Source of the DNA: Candidatus Longimicrobiales bacterium M2_2A_002
GTDB taxonomy: Bacteria; Gemmatimonadota; Gemmatimonadetes; Longimicrobiales; RSA9
Reading direction: 5' to 3'
DNA: 64,000 nt
Assembly: GCA_051418035.1 (NCBI GenBank)
Contig: JBPRGE010000058.1
Span: 11,135-75,134 of the forward strand
Below are positions 1 through 7,984 of this stretch, one piece after another. Position 1 is the first letter of the stretch, and every line of letters begins with the position of its first letter. A model generated the notes under the pieces. It did not search any database. It saw only the letters and a program-made list of their open reading frames with translations, and had not been told where the DNA came from. The position numbers were made by a program, and so were the translations under genes.

Positions 1-363
1 CAGCGTCTTCCGGACCAGTCCCCGGACCTCGACCCCCCGGATCTGGCTGATCGGCATGTCGATCACTTTCCGGGTGACCGGATCCCGACCCTTGATGCAC
101 AGCAGCCGCCGGTCGGTCACGAGCACCAGCCACCGGCTCTGGGCCAGACGGCCGGACCGGACCACGGTGCCGGATCCCACCGCCACCAGGAGCTCTGCCG
201 GTCGCAGGACGTCCGGGATCGCCCGGACCTCCTCGCGATCCGACCACCGGGCCAGCAGCTCGCTCTGGCCCACGGCCTGGTCACCCGATCCGTGCCCGCC
301 GCCGAGCGCGCCCCCCGCGTCTTCCGGCGATCGGACCGCGCCAGCGCTCGATTCCCGTTCCAT
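1..363 (-). CDS. PH-domain-like protein, N-terminal part only (gene runs off the left edge)
   Basis: Absent from the ORF track because it has no stop in the window. Reverse translation from ATG 363-361 (GAGGAG just upstream) reads MERESSAGAV...RWLVLVTDRRLLCIKGRDPVTRKVIDMPISQIRGVEVRGLVRKTL and stays open to position 1. GC3 is high. The pattern resembles bacterial PH (bPH/YokE-like) domains. Confidence 0.45.
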   Translation of the reverse strand, partial: MERESSAGAVRSPEDAGGALGGGHGSGDQAVGQSELLARWSDREEVRAIPDVLRPAELLVAVGSGTVVRSGRLAQSRWLVLVTDRRLLCIKGRDPVTRKVIDMPISQIRGVEVRGLVRKTL

Positions 364-508
364 GAAAGGACTCCTCGCCACTGTGGAGACGTGACTCTCC
401 GGGTGCTGTCGGTCGGAGCGTACGGGACGAAGGAATACAGCAGGCCCGGCCTCCACGCCAGTCGCCACCATCGACGACGGCGGGGAGGGCGGGTCAGCGG
501 GCGGTCAC

Positions 509-541
509 GTGCTGCCGCGGGCTGCCAGCGGGCTGCCAGCG
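509..541. repeat. three tandem copies of an 11-bp unit (gtgctgccgcg ggctgccagcg ggctgccagcg)
   Basis: Read directly from the sequence. It lies in the intergenic gap between the DinB stop (560) and the PH-like gene start (363). Confidence 0.8.
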
Positions 542-559
542 GTGCTCAACCCGTCGGGC

Positions 560-1102
560 TCAGCCGCTCCACGGCGGTGCGACGCCCACCGACCGGGCGT
601 AGGCGATGGACTGGCCGAGATGCTCGTGCATGTGGGTGGTCAGGAGGAGCATCACGTCGCCGACCGTGTACGTCTGACCGAAGAGCGCGACCTCGTCATC
701 CAGCTGTGCGACCGGCGTGGATCGGAAGGCGTCGCGGATGTGGGGGAACACGTTGCGGAGGAGCGCGACGACCCGGTCCTTCTCCGTGACCTCATCGAGG
801 TTCTCCGGCGCGTTCTCGATCCCCACGTCCGCCGGGCGGCCCTCGGCGAACTGGCCGCTGAAGAAATAGCCGCCCGCCACGACGTGGGCGTACACCTCGC
901 CGATCGACCGGATGCCCTCGGCAGGCCGCCAGTCGTACTGGTCGGCCGGCACCGCCTCGGCGAGGGCGATGTACTTCTGCTCCAGCGTCTCGAGGTCCTT
1001 CAACAGAGCGCTGCGCAGTCCGTCCACCTCCTGCGCGGCGGTCACGGCGGGAGCCACGAGCGCGACCGTCAGTACGGCCAGAATGCGGGACACGTTCTTC
1101 AT
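560..1102 (-). CDS. DinB-family protein, secreted
   Basis: ORF 560..1141. I moved the start to ATG 1102, which gives the signal peptide MKNVSRILAVLTVALVAPAVTAAQE. DinB-like His-containing helices are present (EVYAHVVAGGYFF, LLTTHMHEHLGQ). Confidence 0.8.
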   Translation of the reverse strand: MKNVSRILAVLTVALVAPAVTAAQEVDGLRSALLKDLETLEQKYIALAEAVPADQYDWRPAEGIRSIGEVYAHVVAGGYFFSGQFAEGRPADVGIENAPENLDEVTEKDRVVALLRNVFPHIRDAFRSTPVAQLDDEVALFGQTYTVGDVMLLLTTHMHEHLGQSIAYARSVGVAPPWSG

Positions 1103-1169
1103 TGGGGAGCCTGCCTTTCTCGAGTGGGGGAATCGCGACACCGGCCGGCGGTCGGCGTCGGAGCGGAGC

Positions 1170-1820
1170 CTAGACCGAGGACGCGAGCAGCAGCTGTGCG
1201 GCGAAGTAGAGCGGCAGCCCGATCAGCCGGTTCATCGCCTCTTCGTCCACGAATCGGTGACGCGCCACCAGGATGTCCGAGGCGGCGAACGCGACCGCGC
1301 CGAGCACGATCGCCTGACCGATATCGGTCCGGCCGAGGACGACCAGGTCGGGCCAGGCGGTGCCGATGGCCAGCGCCACCATGACCCCGATGGCCGCCAC
1401 GTACGCCACTACCGGCGGCCGGTACCGGACCGGGAGCTGCGCGGCCAGCAGCCAGCGCATGACGCTCATCCCGACCACCGCCATGACCGCAGCACCCGCG
1501 GCCGCCGGGACCAGCTCCACGCCGCGGATCAGGAACGCAGCGGCATACGCCACGTGCGCCACGAGGAACGCGCCGAGGCCCGCGAGGAACAGCCGCCCCG
1601 TCCCGATCAACAGGAGGTCGCCGAGCCAGGAGAGGAGCAGCGCCGCCAGGACGACCCGGCCGTACGTGGTCTCCGTGGCACCGAGCTGTACGGCGAACGC
1701 GATGTAGGCCGAGGCGGCCAGCATCTTCAGCACGCCGGCCACGATCGGGCGGCCCAGCGCGCCGGCCACGGCCGCCGACAGGCCGGTCAGGAGGCAGAAC
1801 ACGGCGGTGAGGGCATGCAT
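1170..1820 (-). CDS. YhhN-family (lysoplasmalogenase-like) membrane protein
   Basis: 216-aa polytopic membrane protein. Motifs are typical of YhhN/TMEM86 proteins (SWLGDLLLI, FLVAHVAYAAAF, AFAASDILVA). Confidence 0.7.
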   Translation of the reverse strand: MHALTAVFCLLTGLSAAVAGALGRPIVAGVLKMLAASAYIAFAVQLGATETTYGRVVLAALLLSWLGDLLLIGTGRLFLAGLGAFLVAHVAYAAAFLIRGVELVPAAAGAAVMAVVGMSVMRWLLAAQLPVRYRPPVVAYVAAIGVMVALAIGTAWPDLVVLGRTDIGQAIVLGAVAFAASDILVARHRFVDEEAMNRLIGLPLYFAAQLLLASSV

Positions 1821-1919
1821 ACAGTCAATCTCCGACCTGTCTCGATGATGAGGTCAGCGTCCAGCGCCCGATCGATCCGGACCCCGATCCCGGCTGCCGG
1901 CGTTCATGACCTGCTCGTG

Positions 1920-2165
1920 TTAGAAGCTGCGGGTTCGCCGCTCCGACGGCATCAGCAGCCAGAGCACGAGGTAGACGATGATCCCGGGAAACGCCGCGGA
2001 CAGGACCGAGATCCCCACGTAGGCGGCCCGGACCCGGTTCGGTTTCCAGCCGTAGAACCGGGCGATGCCGCCGCACACACCGGCGATCAGCCGGTCCTCG
2101 GTGGAGCGGACCAGCCTGGTCGGCTTCTCGTCCCGTTTCTGGATCCAGTCATCCCGGTCCGGCAT
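1920..2165 (-). CDS. PspC-domain protein
   Basis: 81 aa. It has the PspC signature RLVRSTEDRLIAGVCGGIARFYGWKPNRVR followed by a TM helix. Confidence 0.8.
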   Translation of the reverse strand: MPDRDDWIQKRDEKPTRLVRSTEDRLIAGVCGGIARFYGWKPNRVRAAYVGISVLSAAFPGIIVYLVLWLLMPSERRTRSF

Positions 2166-2247
2166 GGCACTCCCTCGGCGCAGTGGACGGTCTCCCGCCG
2201 CTACGATGCACGCACCGCCGACCGGCTGTAAAGAGCCATGGCAGGCG

Positions 2248-2820
2248 TCAGGCGCCGGGCCAGAGCCAGCCGAAGACGCCGCCCGTGAGCAGCGCGTAGA
2301 TGACCCCGTCGATGGTGTTCTTCAGTGTCACGCTCCACCGCCGGCCCCACCAGATGCTCTGCGGCCACTCGCCCACCACGTACGCCAGGAACGCGACGGT
2401 GGTGCTGTAGCGGAACACCTGCGTGTACTCGGCGCCCGGCCCCAGCGCACGGCCCGCGATGTACGCGGCGAAGACGCCCACGATGACGGAGAACAGGAAC
2501 CAGAGGGTCATCTGCTTCGCCATCCCCTGCTCCGGTCCCGACGGGAAGACCGTGAGGAGCGCCACGGGCCCCCTTTCCCGCTTCTCCACGTACGCGGGCT
2601 CCTTCATCGCCGCCAGCGACGCGGCGTGCGGGATGCTGTAGTTGCCCGGTGAGACCCCGGTCTCCCGCAGGGCGTCCATCACCGCCTCCTCCCGCGGCAC
2701 CGGCGACCAATCCGACCAGTGGTACGGCAGGAACATGTGGATGACGGCGCTCGCCAGGAAGACGAGGATCGCGGCCACCAGGATCGGCAGCCACAGCGAC
2801 AGCACGGGAACCATCTCCAT
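2248..2820 (-). CDS. integral membrane protein, unknown function
   Basis: ORF 2248..2985. I moved the start to ATG 2820 (AGGAGG upstream), giving MEMVPVLSLWLPILVAAILVFLASAVIH. About 4 TM helices and high GC3. Confidence 0.65.
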   Translation of the reverse strand: MEMVPVLSLWLPILVAAILVFLASAVIHMFLPYHWSDWSPVPREEAVMDALRETGVSPGNYSIPHAASLAAMKEPAYVEKRERGPVALLTVFPSGPEQGMAKQMTLWFLFSVIVGVFAAYIAGRALGPGAEYTQVFRYSTTVAFLAYVVGEWPQSIWWGRRWSVTLKNTIDGVIYALLTGGVFGWLWPGA

Positions 2821-2975
2821 CAGCACCTCCTGTTGGGGGACAGGGATCGTTGGTACGACCGCTACCACGGTGCAGCCTCCACCGCCGAAACGCCAGCGTC
2901 CCGACCGCCGGGATTCACGTACGCCGCGTTCTTGCCTATCGTAATGCTCATGCCGAACCGAGCCGACGACCTTCG

Positions 2976-3359
2976 ATGACCGCACTGCCCCCGGGCCTGT
3001 CCGACGTCCGCTTCTTCGACCTCGAGGAGGCCGACCGCCAGCTGCCGCTCGTCCGGCGGATCGTGGAGGACATCCTGGCCCAGTACCGGGCGGGGAACCG
3101 GGATGAGGTCCAGGCTCTCGTCGACGAGCTCCACGACCTGGGCTGCCACTTCAAGGGCTTCGGCGAGGGGCTCGTGGACTGGTACAGCTACTACGCCGGC
3201 CGGCCCGTCTTCCTGTGCTGGAAGCTGGGCGAGCCGGAGATCGCCTACTGGCACCAGACCGACGCCGGGTTTGCAGGCCGACAGCCGATCCTGCCGGGCC
3301 AGCGGGACGCGTTCCGGGGCGAGCCGCCGGGGGCACTCACCGTCACCGACGACGACTGA
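2976..3359 (+). CDS. DUF2203-family protein
   Basis: ORF 2850..3359 with the start moved to ATG 2976. Sequence RFFDLEEADRQLPLVRRIVEDI...GLVDWYSYYAGRPVFLCWKLGEPEIAYWH...GFAGRQPI matches my recollection of DUF2203. Confidence 0.7.
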   Translation: MTALPPGLSDVRFFDLEEADRQLPLVRRIVEDILAQYRAGNRDEVQALVDELHDLGCHFKGFGEGLVDWYSYYAGRPVFLCWKLGEPEIAYWHQTDAGFAGRQPILPGQRDAFRGEPPGALTVTDDD

Positions 3360-3451
3360 TGCCAGGAGGATCGGGCGTCGCGTGAAACCACGGCCCACAC
3401 AGTGCCGTAGATTCCCTCGACCAGGGACACAACCGAACAGGATCGTACGCC

Positions 3452-4531
3452 ATGCTCCGCTCCATGTACGACGCCATCCGCGCAGCCGTCCTCGCGGCGC
3501 TCCTCATCCTCTTCGCCGCAGCGTCGATCGACGCCCAGGGGCTCAAGATCGCGGCCGGCGATGTGGGGCTCGCCATCGGCCCCGTCCCCGAGATTACGGG
3601 ACTGCGGCTGAACTTCCGTGACGACGCCCGGTTCCTGCGGGCGACCGGCATCAACCTCACGATCTGGAGCCCGAAGGGGATGGTCGACAGCGAGGTGACC
3701 GGGCTGGCGCTCGGCGTCCCGCTGACGGGCGCCGGGAAGCTGGCCGGGATCGGGCTGGGCGCGGGCATCGGCGTCGACGACACGTTCGAGGGGATCGGCG
3801 TCGGCATCGTCGGGCTCGGCGCCGGCGACGCGATGAGAGGGGTGATGGTCGGCGGCCTGGGCGTGGGCGGCGGCGGCTCGATCACCGGGATCGCCATCGG
3901 CGGGATCGGCGTCGGCGCCGGCGGGTCCGGCACCGGCATAGTGGTGGGCGGGCTCGGCGCCGGCGTCGGCAACGACATGAGCGGCGTCCTCATCGCCGGA
4001 CTGGGTGGCGGCGCCGGCAACACCATGACCGGGATCGCCATCGGCGGGCTCGGCGTCGGCGCCGGGGACCGGATCGAGGGGATCGCCCTGGGCGGACTGG
4101 GCGTCGGCTCGGGCGGGTCGATCGAAGGCGTCGTGGCTTCCGGCGGCGGGATCGGCGCCGGCGGCGACCTGACGGGGCTGTCGGTGGCCGGCCTGGGGAT
4201 CGGCGCGGCCGGGCGGCTGCGGTATGTCGCCATCGCCGGGATCGGCATCGGCGCACCGGAGATCACGGGCTTCGCCGCCGCCCTCGGGATCGGCGGCGAA
4301 TCCGTGGAGGGCCTGATGCTGGCGCCGGCCTACTTCCGGATCCGGGAGGGCGGCGAGCTGAGGGGCGTCTCGGTGAGCGCCTACAACGACATCCGGGGAA
4401 GCCAGAACGGCCTGTCGATCGGGATCGTGAACATCGCCGAGGAGCTGCACGGGCTCCAGATCGGGCTCATCAACATCGCCCGCAACAAGGAGCGCTTCCC
4501 GGTGCTCCCGCTGTTCAACTACCACCCGTAG
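3452..4531 (+). CDS. secreted Gly-rich repeat protein with C-terminal GLQIGLINIA motif (LA_2272-like surface-repeat family, tentative)
   Basis: 359 aa. Signal peptide AAVLAALLILFAAASIDAQG. About 12 tandem 16-aa units of the type GIAIGGLGVGAGDRIE. C-terminal part reads NGLSIGIVNIAEELHGLQIGLINIARN...PLFNYHP. Confidence 0.8.
   Translation: MLRSMYDAIRAAVLAALLILFAAASIDAQGLKIAAGDVGLAIGPVPEITGLRLNFRDDARFLRATGINLTIWSPKGMVDSEVTGLALGVPLTGAGKLAGIGLGAGIGVDDTFEGIGVGIVGLGAGDAMRGVMVGGLGVGGGGSITGIAIGGIGVGAGGSGTGIVVGGLGAGVGNDMSGVLIAGLGGGAGNTMTGIAIGGLGVGAGDRIEGIALGGLGVGSGGSIEGVVASGGGIGAGGDLTGLSVAGLGIGAAGRLRYVAIAGIGIGAPEITGFAAALGIGGESVEGLMLAPAYFRIREGGELRGVSVSAYNDIRGSQNGLSIGIVNIAEELHGLQIGLINIARNKERFPVLPLFNYHP
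3698..4312 (+). repeat. coding tandem repeat, ~48-bp (16-codon) period, ~12 copies
   Basis: Protein residues ~83-287 split into units TGLALGVPLTGAGKLA / GIGVGIVGLGAGDAMR / GVMVGGLGVGGGGSIT / GIAIGGIGVGAGGSGT / GIVVGGLGAGVGNDMS / GVLIAGLGGGAGNTMT / GIAIGGLGVGAGDRIE / GIALGGLGVGSGGSIE / GVVASGGGIGAGGDLT / GLSVAGLGIGAAGRLR, and so on. Confidence 0.85.
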
Positions 4532-4546
4532 CGGGCCCCGCGCACC

Positions 4547-5422
4547 CTACTCCTCGGCCCGGTGCTCCTCCAGCAGCCGGGTGGTCTCGTCGTCGAGGAT
4601 GGCCGGGTAGTGATACCCCAGGTCCCGGGCCACGGCGCGGGCGGCCTTCCGGAACAGCTCGAGGGTCGCGTCCAGCGCACGCCCGTGGCTGGCCAGCGTG
4701 TCGGCGGCGTACGTCCGGTCCAGCAGCTCCCGGTCGTCGAGATCGAGGAGCCACCGGAGCCCGCGGCCGCGGACACCCACCGACTGCTCCCAGTCCCGGG
4801 TGATCTGCACGTACCACTCGAGCATCGGGACCAGGCACTCGTATCGGAGCACCGCCTCCAGGCTGTAGCGCGCCGGCAGGAGCTCGTTCCGGGAGACGTA
4901 CTTCCCCACGTACAGCGTCTCCCACCAGAACTCGTTGACCAGCGCGCTGTACTCGGCGGCCGTGGGCGGCCGCGGGACATAGGCCGCTGCCGAGGGCGGG
5001 AGGAGCCGCGAGGCGTCGCCGTCCCGATCGAGCAGGACCCGGTACCCCGCACCGAGCCAGTCGGGAAGCGCCTCCTGCTCCGCGATCCGGTGCAGCAGAT
5101 CCACCCGGGAGAGCGTGAAGTCGATCCGATGCCCGCCCCGGTACTGGACCAGACGCGTGGGCACCGTCTCGCCCCGGTGCTCCGTGGTCTCCCTCAGGAC
5201 GATCAGCGGCCGGCCGAACGTCTCGATCCAGTCGTCCCGCTGCGCCAGCCGCGCCCCGGGCTCCAGGAAGAGCACGACGTCGTGGTCGCTGTACCCATCG
5301 CGCGCCCCCTGCGGTGTCGCCCGCGACCCGATGAGCAGCGCCGCCCGGACCCCGGGCTGACGTTCCGCCCATTCGCCGAGCTTCGCTTCCAGCGGACCGA
5401 TCGACGGCTTCTCTTGCTCCAT
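4547..5422 (-). CDS. aminoglycoside 6-adenylyltransferase (ANT(6)/AadK) family nucleotidyltransferase
   Basis: ORF 4547..5506 with the start moved to ATG 5422 (MEQEKPSIG). LLIGSRATPQGARDGYSDHDVVLF is the nucleotidyltransferase core. PRPPTAAEYSALVNEFWWETLYVGKYVSRNELLPA resembles the ANT(6) C-terminal domain. Confidence 0.7.
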   Translation of the reverse strand: MEQEKPSIGPLEAKLGEWAERQPGVRAALLIGSRATPQGARDGYSDHDVVLFLEPGARLAQRDDWIETFGRPLIVLRETTEHRGETVPTRLVQYRGGHRIDFTLSRVDLLHRIAEQEALPDWLGAGYRVLLDRDGDASRLLPPSAAAYVPRPPTAAEYSALVNEFWWETLYVGKYVSRNELLPARYSLEAVLRYECLVPMLEWYVQITRDWEQSVGVRGRGLRWLLDLDDRELLDRTYAADTLASHGRALDATLELFRKAARAVARDLGYHYPAILDDETTRLLEEHRAEE

Positions 5423-5689
5423 GCTCTGCAGCTCCGGTGCACTGCGCGTGCCCTGTGGGTCCCTGGGCTCCGGGTCGAACGTACGACGCCGGAACGGCAC
5501 GGCCAAGGGTCACGCGCGCCCACGACCGCCCGCCCGGGAGCCCGCCGACCGCACCGGCGATGTATCAACAGCGTAACAGGACTGTAGCAGGAACCCCGAA
5601 TGCGGTGTCACGGGGTGTTGGCCACCCGCCGTTCGATGCCATCATCGGTGTGTGGAGGCAGCCCCTCCCCGGGGCGCGCGTACGAACCC

Positions 5690-5911
5690 ATGGCAACGCG
5701 AGAGCGCATGACGACCACCGACCGCTACGAGGTCTACTTCCGGCGACCGAACGACGCCGTCGTCTACGCCGCGGTCGACGAGGTGAGCGAGGTCTCGCTC
5801 CTCCACCGCTACCCCGACGGCCGCTGGCACTGCGCTCTCTGTAACGCCCACGAGTGCCGCCACATCGAGGTCGCCCGGGGCGCCGCCGTCGACCGGGCCG
5901 CCGAAGCCTAG
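5690..5911 (+). CDS. small hypothetical protein with CxxC...CxH cluster
   Basis: ORF 5600..5911 with the start moved to ATG 5690. High GC3. Contains WHCALCNAHECRH (SWIM-like but not canonical). Confidence 0.45.
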   Translation: MATRERMTTTDRYEVYFRRPNDAVVYAAVDEVSEVSLLHRYPDGRWHCALCNAHECRHIEVARGAAVDRAAEA

Positions 5912-6042
5912 GGTCCGGACCCGCGCGACCTGCCCCACCGGCCCTGCCGTTCGCCAGCGGGCGGAAATTGGAACGTCAACGGCGTCCGGGGTAACAACCC
6001 CGTGACCGGTGGAAGACGAAGCATCCTGCCAGCGCGAATACA

Positions 6043-7956
6043 TTGCATAACGCCCCTGCTGGAGAACATCCCGATGGACGAGTGCGCGGCCCGAGCATCC
6101 TCTCGCGGCTGGGCGCGGCCCTTTCCGACCGTGCCCGAGCCTACAGCCGGGTCATGGTGGCGCTGGCGCTCAATGTCCCCTTCCTCATCGCGGCGCTGAG
6201 CCGGTATCCCGACGGGGTCAGCTGGACGAGCCTCAGCGGACTGTACGCCGGACTGGTCTTCCTCGGGTACTACGTGCTGGTCCTCCTGGCGCTCCTGAGC
6301 ATCCTGTTCCTCGTCACGGGCGTCTCGACCCGCCTTTTCGTCGGCGCCAGCGCTGTCCTCCTGACGGGGGCGCTCTACTACTTCACCGTGAACGGCGTGG
6401 TGTACCGGATGCTCCGGATGCACATCGACGCCTTCTGGCTGCAGTACCTGTTCACCACCTTCGGGGGACTGGGGATCGGACCGGCCGAGATCGCCGGGGG
6501 CGTCGCGCTCCTCGCGGTGATCATCGCGCTGGAGTGGTGGATCTTCCGGAAGGCCGCCCGGATCCGCGCCCGGAAGCGGTGGGTCATCAGCCTGGTGGCC
6601 GCCAGCGTCGCGGCCTTCGCGGGCAGCCAGGTGCTCCATATCGCCGCCTACGAGGCCAACGACAGCCGGATCACGGCGATGACGCCGCAGCTGCCGTTCT
6701 ACTACCCGGTCACTTCCCACCAGAACGCGCTCAAGTACGGCGACGAGATCGGGCTGATCCGGGAGGCGGCGGGATCCGGGGCGGCCGACGGGCCGAACAG
6801 TCTCCGGTACCCGCTGAAGGAGGTGACGTGCGAGGTCCCGGACGACGAGCGGCCTCCGAACATCCTGCTCATCCTCCTGGAGAGCTGGCGCTTCGACGCC
6901 ATGGACTCCGTCGTCACGCCCGAGATGTACGACTTCTCCAGGCGGTCGTCGGTCTTCCTGAACCACTTCAGCACGGGAAACTCCACCCCGGCGGGCGTCT
7001 TCCCCGTCTTCTACGGCCTCCACTCCACGTACTGGACCGCGGTCAAGGTCAACAACCCGGCCATCGACAACCCCGTCCTCATCGATGTGCTGGAGGACAA
7101 CGGCTACGCCTTCGGGATCTACGCCGACTCCCACTTCGAGCGCCACAAGATCAAGGACACCGTGTTCCGCGGGATCCCGGTCCACGAGTCCTTCGACGGG
7201 GAGACCGTCGCAGCCCGGGACCGCGACCTGACCGACCGGCTCATCGACTTCATGGAGCGCCAGGACAGCGCCGGCACGCCCTTCTTCGGCTTCGCCTTCT
7301 ACAAGTCGACCCACTACTCGTATCACTCGCCGCCGGACGTGGCCCCGTTCCAGCCGACCCGTGAGCTCAACGTCCTCCTGGCCGACGGCGAAGAGGACCG
7401 CACACCGGTCCTGAACGACTACCGGAACTCCGTCCACTGGGTGGACCGCCTCGTTGGCGACATGCTCGATCGCATGGAGGATACCGGCGTGCTGGAGAAC
7501 ACGATCGTGGTCATCACCACCGACCACGGCGAGGAGTTCGATGACAACGGCGAGAACTACTGGGGGCACACCGGGAACTTCACCCAGTACCAGACGCGCG
7601 TCCCGCTCATTGTCTACATGCCCGGGAAGGAGCCGCGGCGCGTCTCGAAGGTCACCTCCAATGTCGATCTCCCGGCGACACTGCTGGAGGAAGGACTCGG
7701 CTGCGACCTGGACACGGAGAGCTACAGCGACGGGCTGAACCTCTTCGATCCACTGCCGGACACCCGTCCCGTGATCACCTCGAGCTACGTCAATCACGCG
7801 CTCATCCTCGAAGACGATGTCCTCGTGGTCTGGCCCATGTACGTGCAGAGCTACAAGCTCGATGACATCCGGCAGACCGGGGGGCGCCCCGACCCGGCGC
7901 TCATGCAGCGCGCGCTCCGCGAAATGGCCCGGTTCTACGGCGCCGCCTCCCCGTAG
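6043..7956 (+). CDS. DUF3413 + sulfatase-domain inner-membrane protein (YejM/PbgA-like)
   Basis: N-terminal multi-TM region followed by a sulfatase-like domain (NILLILLESWRFDAM, VITTDHGEEFDDNGENYWGH). The start is uncertain: TTG 6043 as tracked, or GTG 6082. Confidence 0.8.
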   Translation: MHNAPAGEHPDGRVRGPSILSRLGAALSDRARAYSRVMVALALNVPFLIAALSRYPDGVSWTSLSGLYAGLVFLGYYVLVLLALLSILFLVTGVSTRLFVGASAVLLTGALYYFTVNGVVYRMLRMHIDAFWLQYLFTTFGGLGIGPAEIAGGVALLAVIIALEWWIFRKAARIRARKRWVISLVAASVAAFAGSQVLHIAAYEANDSRITAMTPQLPFYYPVTSHQNALKYGDEIGLIREAAGSGAADGPNSLRYPLKEVTCEVPDDERPPNILLILLESWRFDAMDSVVTPEMYDFSRRSSVFLNHFSTGNSTPAGVFPVFYGLHSTYWTAVKVNNPAIDNPVLIDVLEDNGYAFGIYADSHFERHKIKDTVFRGIPVHESFDGETVAARDRDLTDRLIDFMERQDSAGTPFFGFAFYKSTHYSYHSPPDVAPFQPTRELNVLLADGEEDRTPVLNDYRNSVHWVDRLVGDMLDRMEDTGVLENTIVVITTDHGEEFDDNGENYWGHTGNFTQYQTRVPLIVYMPGKEPRRVSKVTSNVDLPATLLEEGLGCDLDTESYSDGLNLFDPLPDTRPVITSSYVNHALILEDDVLVVWPMYVQSYKLDDIRQTGGRPDPALMQRALREMARFYGAASP

Positions 7957-7984
7957 ACGCGACGCCGCTGACCCACCGCCCGCC

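Noticed and set aside
3698-4312. A regular 48-bp periodicity that could be mistaken for a CRISPR array or noncoding tandem repeat.
   Set aside because: There is no repeat-spacer alternation. The periodicity is in frame and encodes a consistent 16-aa unit inside a complete ORF.
3245-4525. Long minus-strand ORFs (426 aa and 307 aa) across the Gly-repeat gene.
   Set aside because: They are mirror images of the GGN-rich repeat, giving P/A-rich translations. The plus-strand frame has a signal peptide, a regular repeat and a conserved-looking C-terminus.
4547-5422. The ANT(6)-like gene as part of an acquired resistance island.
   Set aside because: There are no flanking integrase, transposase or repeat signatures. 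Base composition and codon usage are indistinguishable from the neighbouring genes.
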